From Candidatus Diapherotrites archaeon CG10_big_fil_rev_8_21_14_0_10_31_34 (GTDB lineage: Archaea; Iainarchaeota; Iainarchaeia; Iainarchaeales; 1-14-0-10-31-34): 13,717 bases of DNA. The notes below the pieces were generated by a model, which made no database searches, was not told the DNA's origin, and saw only the letters and a program-made list of their open reading frames with translations. The DNA lies in contig PFAI01000063.1 of NCBI GenBank assembly GCA_002763225.1, positions 2,787 through 16,503 of the forward strand. Reading direction: 5' to 3'. A program made the position numbers and the translations under genes. Shown piece after piece: positions 1 through 7,073 of the stretch. Within the stretch, counting starts at the first letter, position 1. Every line of letters begins with the position of its first letter.

Positions 1-29
1 AGCGGTTAGTTCAAATCTCAACGGCCCCA
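1..29 (+). tRNA. 3' end of a tRNA, probably tRNA-Pro (5' part outside the window)
   Basis: GTTCAAATC T-loop at 9-17, then CTCAA, acceptor 3' strand CGGCCCC (22-28) and discriminator A29, with no encoded CCA. A GGGGCCG/CGGCCCC acceptor stem is typical of archaeal tRNA-Pro. The anticodon is not visible and the T-stem pairs imperfectly. Confidence 0.7.
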
Positions 30-40
30 ATAAATCCAAT

Positions 41-58
41 TGTTTGCTTTTTTTGTTT
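41..58 (+). terminator. Oligo-T terminator after the tRNA
   Basis: TGTTTGCTTTTTTTGTTT begins 12 nt after the discriminator base. Archaeal intrinsic terminators are T tracts. Confidence 0.45.
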
Positions 59-66
59 GAAAAGCA

Positions 67-85
67 TAAAAGAATGATATAAATA
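67..85 (+). promoter_or_regulatory. BRE/TATA promoter for the leaderless ORF at 108
   Basis: A-rich run followed by ATATAAATA (77-85), ending about 23 nt before ATG108. Confidence 0.5.
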
Positions 86-107
86 TCTGTTTGATTTTAC
101 ATAATGT

Positions 108-284
108 ATGAAAGAAAAAAACATTATCCAAAAAATAAAAAATTTTTTTTCCAAAAACAAAACTGAAAGAGAAGTCAACGAAAAAATAGCTGAATTAAGC
201 ATGGAAAAAGAAGACAGGCAAATTGCAGAACAAATGCTGAATTCAGACAAAAAAACAAAAAAAAGTTTTTTTCAGAAAAAATAA
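108..284 (+). CDS. Small hypothetical protein, 58 aa (MKEKNIIQKIKNFFSKNKTEREVNEKIAELSMEKEDRQIAEQMLNSDKKTKKSFFQKK); not in the ORF track
   Basis: Translated by hand from ATG108 to TAA284. It fills the gap between the tRNA and the convergent phosphoesterase stop, has the A-rich sense strand of the real genes here, and has a TATA box at leaderless spacing. Confidence 0.6.
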   Translation: MKEKNIIQKIKNFFSKNKTEREVNEKIAELSMEKEDRQIAEQMLNSDKKTKKSFFQKK

Positions 285-285
285 T

Positions 286-1029
286 TCAATTAAACCCTTC
301 AATTTCTTTCATTTTCCCAAAAAAATAAGTTTTGTCTGCTACAAGCCATAACTCAAATTCACTTAAGTCTTGATGCAAAAAAGGACTCAAAAGTTTTCCT
401 TTCAATAAGTCTTGTCCTTCTAAAGTTGAATTAAATGAAGGCAGTACAATCAAAGTTTTTTTCTCGTATTTTCCTTTTACAAAGCACTTGAATTTTTCGT
501 GTTTAATTCCTTCAGTTAAAGTTATTGCAGGATGTTCATGGCCTATTACAATTGTTTTAGCTGAATTAAATTCCTTGCTTTCAGGGATTCTGTCTCCATG
601 CAAAAACAAGATTTTTTGTTTTTCAAGAAAAAAAGATTCTTTTATTTCTAAGTTTTTCCAGCCGGCTATTGGCTCTAAAATTTTGTCGTGATTTCCTTTA
701 ATCAAAATTATTTCCTCTGAATTAAAACTAAAGTAAGCCAGCATTCTGCTTACTTCACTCCATTCCTGTTCAGAAATAACTCCAAACTCGTGTTTTAAGT
801 CTCCTAAAACAATTATTTTTTTTATTCTGCCTGCTTCAGAAAAAATTTTGTTTAATCTTTTAATTGAATCATCAAAATTAAATTTAGGCATTAAAGTTCC
901 TTGTTTGATTAAAGCCTCTTCATAGCCTAAATGCAGGTCAGTTAAAACCAGAATTTTTTCTTTTGGAAAAAATAATGACAAACCAATTATTTCTGCATTA
1001 GAAAGAATGCTTTTTTCTTTTGGTTTCAT
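286..1029 (-). CDS. Calcineurin-like metallophosphoesterase (Lhr-associated MPE / archaeal SbcD-related family)
   Basis: Motifs TDLHLG, LGDLKH, KGNHD, LHGD, IGHEHP and LPSFN. Lies directly downstream of lhr. Confidence 0.92.
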   Translation of the reverse strand: MKPKEKSILSNAEIIGLSLFFPKEKILVLTDLHLGYEEALIKQGTLMPKFNFDDSIKRLNKIFSEAGRIKKIIVLGDLKHEFGVISEQEWSEVSRMLAYFSFNSEEIILIKGNHDKILEPIAGWKNLEIKESFFLEKQKILFLHGDRIPESKEFNSAKTIVIGHEHPAITLTEGIKHEKFKCFVKGKYEKKTLIVLPSFNSTLEGQDLLKGKLLSPFLHQDLSEFELWLVADKTYFFGKMKEIEGFN

Positions 1030-1208
1030 TTTACCACAATTATTTTTTGTTTTGATTAAATCATTTTTTGAATTATTTTTTTATTTTCTTTCTTTTATTT
1101 TTTATTTTTTCTTATTTTTTTCTTTTTGGATACAACTTTTTTTAAAAGTTGTTTTTTGTTCAACCTTTTGTTTTGATAAATCTTTTTCTAAAAGATTTAA
1201 AGGTTGTT

Positions 1209-3848
1209 TCATTTTGTTTTTATTCTTTCCTGAATCTGTGCATGAAGCCTTTTAATGAATTCAATTTTGTCTTCCATTTTCATTACATCCATTCTTCCCT
1301 GTAAAAACAGATTAAATGCAAAAGGGGAAGGAATATCAGAAAAAACAATTTTTGTTTCAATTAATCCTTGTTCAATTCCCTGCAAAACTTTTTCTGCATT
1401 ATGAATATCCATTAAATCCTCTAAAACTTCTCTTCGAGCTTCATTTAAAATAGGGAAATTTTCATCAATTCTTTTCACTGCAGAAATCAATAATCTGGAA
1501 GCCATCTGTTGTTTTCCAGCTGTTTTAGTTCTTCCTTTATAATTACGTAAAATCATTAAGCTTCTAACAGCACAATGCCTGAATCTTCTGTTTAAAACTT
1601 CAGTTCTTTCAATAGCAAAAACACAAATTTTTCTTAATTCATTTGAAGTAACTAATTTTAGCATTTTTTCCAATGGAAGCTTTGTATTAGCAGTTAAAAC
1701 AAAACCATTATCAGTAACTGTAAGTTCAACATCTTTATGGATTAATTTGCTTAAAGCAAAAGCATAAGCCCTGCTTAAAGCATCATTAACTCTTCTGCCA
1801 TACAAAGAATGAAAAATTACATGCCTTGTCTGTCCTTCAGAAAAAACTTCAATCAAAATTTTTTTTATATGAGGCAATTCCAAAAACAAAAACTGTTCAT
1901 TAAAATAATTATAGATTGCCTCAACAGCATTATCTTCTACATAAAGATATGTTTTGATAAATTCCTGAATCTCTTTTTTGCTTTTTTTTGCTTTAAATTT
2001 TTGTTCCATTAATTTCCTGAATTTTTGTATTTCTAATGCCAAATCAAAACTTAAGGGAAGCATTTCACTAAACCATGCCGGAACAGTCGGAGGCCTTTGA
2101 TAAGCAGTTATTACTTGTGCAGTCATTCCAGAAGCAAACCTAAATTCATAGCTTTGTCCTCCTAACACAAACACATCTCCTTTTTTTAATCTTTCAAGAA
2201 AGCCTTCATCAATGCTCCCAATTTTGTGTTCTTTTATTTTCACTGTAATTCTTGCTTCATCTGGAATTGTTCCAATGTTTGTCATATAAATTATTCTGGC
2301 CATTTTACCTCTTTTTCCAATCATTCCTGTTTCTTTGTCAAACCAGATTTTAGCATAAACATGCCTTGATTCCAATGAAACAAATTCTCCTGAAAGATAA
2401 TCAATTATTTCAAAAAACTGGCTTCTTTTTAATGAGGAATAAGGATATGCCTGAGTGATTAACTCATATACTCCTTCTATTTTCTGGCTTTCTTCTATTG
2501 CAATGCCATAAATCTGTTGTGCCAGTACATCCAAGGCATTCATTGGAATTTGAATCCTGTCAATCTTGTTTTCTAATGCATTTTTCAGCAAAACACTGCA
2601 TTCAATTAAGTCATCCCTGTCTAAAACAATTATTCTTCCTTTGATTTCATCATACAGTTTATGCCCTGAACGGCCAACTCTTTGCAAGGCTCTTGCAACA
2701 CTTTTTGGACTGCCTAACAACACAACTAAATCAATAAAACCAATATCGATTCCTAATTCCAATGAAGTTGAACTAACCACTACTTTTAATTCTCCTTTTT
2801 TCAGTCTTTCCTCTGTATTAAGTCTGTGTTCTCTTGACAAAGAAGAATGATGTGCACCAATATTTGCACCATATTTTTCAGGAAACTTGTCTTTTAAATA
2901 ATGAACAACTCTTTCTGTTGCACTTCGAGTATTAGTAAAAATCAAAGTAGTTTTATGCTCTTGAATTAGTTTGTCCAGCAATTCATATAATTTTCTGTGA
3001 ATTTCTTCCTGCGATACATCAACCAAATTTGGAAGAGGAGACAAAACTTTTAGATTTAATTTTTTTTCCAGTTTTGCTTCAATTACCTTGCATTTTCTTG
3101 TTTTTCCTTTTTCTAATCCGACCAAAAACTTTGCTATTTCTTCTATTGGTGCAATAGTTGCACTTAAGCCAATTCTGGTTATTTCAGGAGAAATTCTTTG
3201 AAGTCTTTCCATTGAAATTGCTAAATGGCTTCCTCTTTTATTGTTTGCTAATGCATGAATTTCATCTATTACCAGCCATTTTGCTTCTCTTAATTTTTCT
3301 TTGAATTTTGGGGCATTCAAAATTATTGCTAATGATTCAGGAGTAGTAATCAGAATATGTGGAGCTAAACGCAGCATTTTTGATTTCTCTGAAGCAGTTG
3401 TGTCTCCTGTTCTGACTCCGACACGGATTCCCAGTTTATTTTCTTTTGATGAAACTTTTCCTAAAAGTTTCTTTTCTTTCTTTTTCCCTTTATTTTGTTC
3501 TTCAAGTTTTAGCTGTATTTCTCTTAAAGGTTCAATCAAGTTCCTTCTGATATCATTATTCAATGCTTTTAACGGAGAAATATATACTGCATAAACTTTG
3601 TTTTCAAGTTTTTCCTGTTCTGACAAAAAAATTAATTCATTGAGTATTGCAGTAAACGCAGACAAAGTTTTTCCGCTTCCGGTTACTGCACTGATTAAAG
3701 TGTTTTCTTTGTTGTGGATGTTAGGTATTGCGTACTTTTGCGGTTCAGTAAAGCTTCCAAACTTTTCTTTAAACCAGTCTCTAAGCAAGGGATGAAGCAT
3801 CCCATAAATTTCTTTATCTGAATATTTTTCTTTTTGGAAAGAAATCAT
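1209..3848 (-). CDS. lhr: Lhr (Lhr-core, archaeal aLhr2-like) SF2 ATP-dependent DNA/RNA helicase
   Basis: Q motif FTEPQ, Walker A TGSGKT, SPLKALNND, RTGDT, TTPESL, DEIH, GLSAT, HHSSLS, SLELGIDIG, QRVGRSGH, NIGTIPDE, and the C-terminal RRFRHCA and EARREVLED segments. 879 aa. Confidence 0.96.
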   Translation of the reverse strand: MISFQKEKYSDKEIYGMLHPLLRDWFKEKFGSFTEPQKYAIPNIHNKENTLISAVTGSGKTLSAFTAILNELIFLSEQEKLENKVYAVYISPLKALNNDIRRNLIEPLREIQLKLEEQNKGKKKEKKLLGKVSSKENKLGIRVGVRTGDTTASEKSKMLRLAPHILITTPESLAIILNAPKFKEKLREAKWLVIDEIHALANNKRGSHLAISMERLQRISPEITRIGLSATIAPIEEIAKFLVGLEKGKTRKCKVIEAKLEKKLNLKVLSPLPNLVDVSQEEIHRKLYELLDKLIQEHKTTLIFTNTRSATERVVHYLKDKFPEKYGANIGAHHSSLSREHRLNTEERLKKGELKVVVSSTSLELGIDIGFIDLVVLLGSPKSVARALQRVGRSGHKLYDEIKGRIIVLDRDDLIECSVLLKNALENKIDRIQIPMNALDVLAQQIYGIAIEESQKIEGVYELITQAYPYSSLKRSQFFEIIDYLSGEFVSLESRHVYAKIWFDKETGMIGKRGKMARIIYMTNIGTIPDEARITVKIKEHKIGSIDEGFLERLKKGDVFVLGGQSYEFRFASGMTAQVITAYQRPPTVPAWFSEMLPLSFDLALEIQKFRKLMEQKFKAKKSKKEIQEFIKTYLYVEDNAVEAIYNYFNEQFLFLELPHIKKILIEVFSEGQTRHVIFHSLYGRRVNDALSRAYAFALSKLIHKDVELTVTDNGFVLTANTKLPLEKMLKLVTSNELRKICVFAIERTEVLNRRFRHCAVRSLMILRNYKGRTKTAGKQQMASRLLISAVKRIDENFPILNEARREVLEDLMDIHNAEKVLQGIEQGLIETKIVFSDIPSPFAFNLFLQGRMDVMKMEDKIEFIKRLHAQIQERIKTK

Positions 3849-3992
3849 TTAAATCACGTTATTAAATAGCAAAGTAAAACTGTGAATAATTAGGCTTGCC
3901 TTAATTAATTTTGATTAAAAAGAATTAAATTATTATTGAATTAGTTTTTGCTTAGCAAAAACCGTTTTTGATTAAACTTTTTTTGAAAAAGT

Positions 3993-4967
3993 TTAAACCA
4001 ATTTGACTTGTTTGTCTAATTCAAATAGTTCTGAAACTGACTGGGAAGTGTGAATGTTTTGGATTGCTTTTGCAAGCAATTCTGCAATAGAAAAAGTTTT
4101 TATTTTCCTGCATTTAAGTGCTTTGCCGTTTAATGGAACTGAATCTGATACAATTACTTCTTTGATTGAAGATTTTTCAATTTTTTCAATTGCTTTTCCT
4201 GATAAAATTGCATGAGAAGCATATGCTCTAACAGATAATACCCCTAATTTTTTCAGTTCTGTTGCTGCTGCAGTCATTGTTCCTGCAGTATCAATTATAT
4301 CATCAACCATAATACAGTTTTTTCCATTAACTTTTCCAATAATATTCATTACTTCTGATTTGTTTGGCTCGCTTCTTTGCTTGTCCACTACAGCCAGTTT
4401 TGCTCCAAGCATTTTGCTTAAATCTCTTGCTCTTCTGATTCCCCCAATATCCGGAGAAACAATGCATAAATCCTGAATTTTTTGTCCTCTGATATGGTCT
4501 CCAATCAATAATTTAGCGCTTAAATTATCTAATTGAATATTAAAAAAACCCTGTATTTGAGCTGCATGCAAATCAACAGCTAAAACTCTGTTTGCGCCTG
4601 CAACAGTAATTAAATCTGCAACTAATTTTGCGCTTATTGGAGTTCTAGGAGAACTTTTTCTGTCCTGCCTTGCATAGCCGTAATAAGGCATTACTGCTGT
4701 AACTCTTTTAGCTGAAGCTCTTTTAGCTGCATCCAAAAATAATAATAATTCCATTAAAGTTTCATTTGTTGGCTGACAGGTTGGCTGAATAAAAAATATG
4801 TCGTGTCCTCTGACTGACTCATTTATTGCTAAATATGTTTCTCCGTCGCTAAATCTTGAAATGCTTATTTTCCCTAAAGTTTTTCCTAAAAAAGCAGCAA
4901 TGTCTTCAGATAATTTAGGGTTTGATGTACCAGAAAAAACCTTTAATTCAAACTCTTTTTCTTTCAT
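3993..4967 (-). CDS. prs: Ribose-phosphate pyrophosphokinase (PRPP synthetase), class I-like
   Basis: FSDGE, PYYGYARQDRK, DLHAAQIQGFF, VSPDIGG and the PRPP-binding motif VDDIIDTAGT. ATG4967 is preferred to GTG4988 because the conserved domain starts there and an AGTGAT RBS-like sequence precedes it. Confidence 0.96.
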   Translation of the reverse strand: MKEKEFELKVFSGTSNPKLSEDIAAFLGKTLGKISISRFSDGETYLAINESVRGHDIFFIQPTCQPTNETLMELLLFLDAAKRASAKRVTAVMPYYGYARQDRKSSPRTPISAKLVADLITVAGANRVLAVDLHAAQIQGFFNIQLDNLSAKLLIGDHIRGQKIQDLCIVSPDIGGIRRARDLSKMLGAKLAVVDKQRSEPNKSEVMNIIGKVNGKNCIMVDDIIDTAGTMTAAATELKKLGVLSVRAYASHAILSGKAIEKIEKSSIKEVIVSDSVPLNGKALKCRKIKTFSIAELLAKAIQNIHTSQSVSELFELDKQVKLV

Positions 4968-5074
4968 TGAATCACTGGAGAGACTCACATATAGTTTTTA
5001 GTCAAAAACATTTTTAAACAAATTTAGTTTGGATTCCTTAGCCTTTTTTTTCCTAAAAGCTGTACCAGAAAAAT

Positions 5075-5218
5075 TTATGCTTTAGTAAAAGAAATCACTA
5101 TTCCTTTATCTGTTTTTTTTACTTTTTCCACTTTAACTGGCTGTTTTTGAACTGGATTATGATGCATTGGTTTTGACTGAACTTTTCTTAAATTCTGGTT
5201 GTTCATTTCAGGTTTCAT
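5075..5218 (-). CDS. Small hypothetical protein, 47 aa (MKPEMNNQNLRKVQSKPMHHNPVQKQPVKVEKVKKTDKGIVISFTKA); not in the ORF track
   Basis: Translated by hand from ATG5218 to TAA5075. The minus-strand promoter-like AAAAACTATTTAAA ends about 23 nt upstream (leaderless spacing). Confidence 0.55.
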   Translation of the reverse strand: MKPEMNNQNLRKVQSKPMHHNPVQKQPVKVEKVKKTDKGIVISFTKA

Positions 5219-5240
5219 GTATAACAATAAGTTGTCTTTC

Positions 5241-5302
5241 TTTAAATAGTTTTTGTATTTCTATATTATAAACTTTGCCAAAGTTTAATCAAATTGGGGG
5301 TG
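5241..5302. promoter_or_regulatory. Divergent promoter region between the 47-aa ORF and the DPSL gene, including the GGGGTG RBS at 5297-5302
   Basis: TTTAAATA at 5241-5248 reads as a TATA box on either strand. TTATAAA is at about 5266-5272 and GGGGGTG precedes ATG5308. Confidence 0.5.
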
Positions 5303-5307
5303 TGCTG

Positions 5308-5793
5308 ATGGGAACAGTTGGAAAAGAAATTGTCGGAATAGATGTAAAAAAATTAATTGAAAAATTAAATCAGGCTTTAGCAGATGAATGGCTTGCTTAT
5401 TATCAATATTGGGTTGGAGCAAAAGTAATCAAAGGAATAAATAAGGATGCAGTAATAGCTGAATTAATCCAGCATTCAGCAGACGAATTAAGGCACGCAG
5501 GAATGCTTGCAGACAGAATAATTCAGTTAGCCGGGACACCTTTACTTGACCCAAAAGAATGGACAGAAAAATCAGGTTGCGGTTATTCTGCCCCAAAAGA
5601 CCCTGCTGTATTAAAAATTTTAATTCAAAACATTAAAGGCGAGCAATGCGCAATAAAAGCATACAAAAAATTAATGGATTTCACTAAAGACAAAGACGAA
5701 ATAACTTATCAAATGGCTTTTGAAATAATGAGAGATGAAGTTGAACACGAAGAAGACTTACAAGCACTAGAAGAAGACTTGAAAATTAAATAA
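5308..5793 (+). CDS. DPS-like ferritin-superfamily protein (DPSL / thioferritin type)
   Basis: LADEWLAYYQYW, DELRHA, GEQCAI and DEVEHE di-iron ligands plus a Cys pair (SGCGY, EQCAI). ATG5308 with its RBS is preferred to TTG5275. Confidence 0.9.
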   Translation: MGTVGKEIVGIDVKKLIEKLNQALADEWLAYYQYWVGAKVIKGINKDAVIAELIQHSADELRHAGMLADRIIQLAGTPLLDPKEWTEKSGCGYSAPKDPAVLKILIQNIKGEQCAIKAYKKLMDFTKDKDEITYQMAFEIMRDEVEHEEDLQALEEDLKIK

Positions 5794-5819
5794 ACTTTTA
5801 GGAAAAAAAGGGGGATTTT

Positions 5820-7073
5820 ATGAAAATTGATTTTGTTAAAGCAAGACAAGTATTTGATTCAAGAGGAAATCCAACAGTTGAAGCAGAAGTAAAAGCAGGA
5901 AAAATAACTGAAAGAGCAATAGTTGCTTCAGGCGCTTCAACCGGAAGCAATGAAGCAATTGAATTAAGAGACAAAGAAAAAGCATTCAAAGGAAGAGGAG
6001 TTCTAAAAGCAGTTGAAAACATCAATAAAAAAATTTCCCCTAAACTAAAAGGAATGGATGTAACACAACAAAAAGAAATAGATAAAGCAATGATTGAATT
6101 AGACGGAACAGAAAACAAATCAGTTTTAGGCGCAAATGCAGTTGCTTCAGTCAGCATGGCTGTAGCAAAAGCAGGAGCAAAAGTTCAGGAAGTTCCATTA
6201 TATGAATATCTTGGACAGCTTGCCGAAAACAAAAAATTTTGTCTTCCAATTCCTCAAATGAATGTATTAAACGGAGGAAAACACGCTGGACTAGAACACG
6301 ATATTCAGGAAAGAATGATTTATCCTTTTGGAGCAAAATCATTTTTTGAAGCAATGCAAATGAGTACTGAAATTTATCATTCATTAAAAGCTTTAATGAA
6401 AAAAAAGTTTGGTTATTCAGCCGGATTAATCGGGGATGAAGGCGGTTTTGTTTCTTCAGAAAAAGATGAAGAAAAAAAGCTTGAATTGATTTTAAATGCA
6501 GTAGAAGAAACAGGTTATTCAGGAAAAGTTGAATTAGCAATAGACCCTGCTTCAACTGAATTCTACAAAAACGGAAAATACTTTTTAGGAAACAAAATTT
6601 TTAGTGCAGGAGAATTAGTTGACTTTTATTCAGAGCTAGCAGAAAAATTTAATATTTATTCAATTGAAGACGGAATGGCTGAAGAAGACTGGAAAGGCTG
6701 GAATGAATTAAATGAAGCGCTTGGAAACAAATATCAAATAGTCGGAGATGACCTGCTTGTAACCAACATTAAGTTCATTGAAAGGGCAATAAAAGAAAAT
6801 TCATGCAATTCCTTATTATTAAAAGTCAATCAAATTGGCTCTGTATCTGAATCCATTGACTCTGCTTTGCTTGCATTCAAAAACAGCTGGACAGTAGTTG
6901 TTTCTCATAGAAGTGGAGAAACAGAAGATAGTTTTATTGCTGACTTGGTTGTTGGTTTAGGAACAGGCCAAAGCAAGTTTGGCGCTCCAGCCAGAAGCGA
7001 CAGAAACGCAAAATACAATCAATTATTGAGAATTGAAGATTCAATGAAAAACTCAGTTTATGGAAAAAGATAA
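5820..7073 (+). CDS. eno: Enolase (phosphopyruvate hydratase)
   Basis: DSRGNPTVE, SGASTG, NGGKH, GDEGG, IEDG, VGDDL, LLLKVNQIG, SHRSGETED and RSDRNAKYN. GGGGG RBS upstream. Confidence 0.98.
   Translation: MKIDFVKARQVFDSRGNPTVEAEVKAGKITERAIVASGASTGSNEAIELRDKEKAFKGRGVLKAVENINKKISPKLKGMDVTQQKEIDKAMIELDGTENKSVLGANAVASVSMAVAKAGAKVQEVPLYEYLGQLAENKKFCLPIPQMNVLNGGKHAGLEHDIQERMIYPFGAKSFFEAMQMSTEIYHSLKALMKKKFGYSAGLIGDEGGFVSSEKDEEKKLELILNAVEETGYSGKVELAIDPASTEFYKNGKYFLGNKIFSAGELVDFYSELAEKFNIYSIEDGMAEEDWKGWNELNEALGNKYQIVGDDLLVTNIKFIERAIKENSCNSLLLKVNQIGSVSESIDSALLAFKNSWTVVVSHRSGETEDSFIADLVVGLGTGQSKFGAPARSDRNAKYNQLLRIEDSMKNSVYGKR

Noticed and set aside
11..250. 79-aa minus-strand ORF from the track
   Set aside because: Phe/Ser-rich antisense shadow of the 108-284 ORF that also overlaps the tRNA.
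1..1029. Integrated element next to the tRNA
   Set aside because: No integrase, no second copy of the tRNA 3' end in the window, and the downstream genes are housekeeping.
1007..1255. 82-aa Phe-rich plus-strand ORF resembling a membrane protein
   Set aside because: Its hydrophobicity comes from antisense poly-A tracts, and it overlaps both lhr and the phosphoesterase.
1809..3795. Plus-strand ORFs inside lhr, and similar antisense ORFs inside MPE, prs, eno, purD, the GNAT-like gene, nucS, the peptidase and the DHH gene
   Set aside because: They are antisense shadows of well-supported genes and have no motifs or expression signals.
3993..4013. PIP-like QVKL at the Prs C-terminus
   Set aside because: Too short, lacks the aromatic residues, and has no functional rationale.
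4926..5073. 13-bp direct repeat TGTACCAGAAAAA at 4926-4938 and 5061-5073
   Set aside because: One copy is constrained prs coding sequence, and a single A-rich match is not enough to call a duplication or att site.
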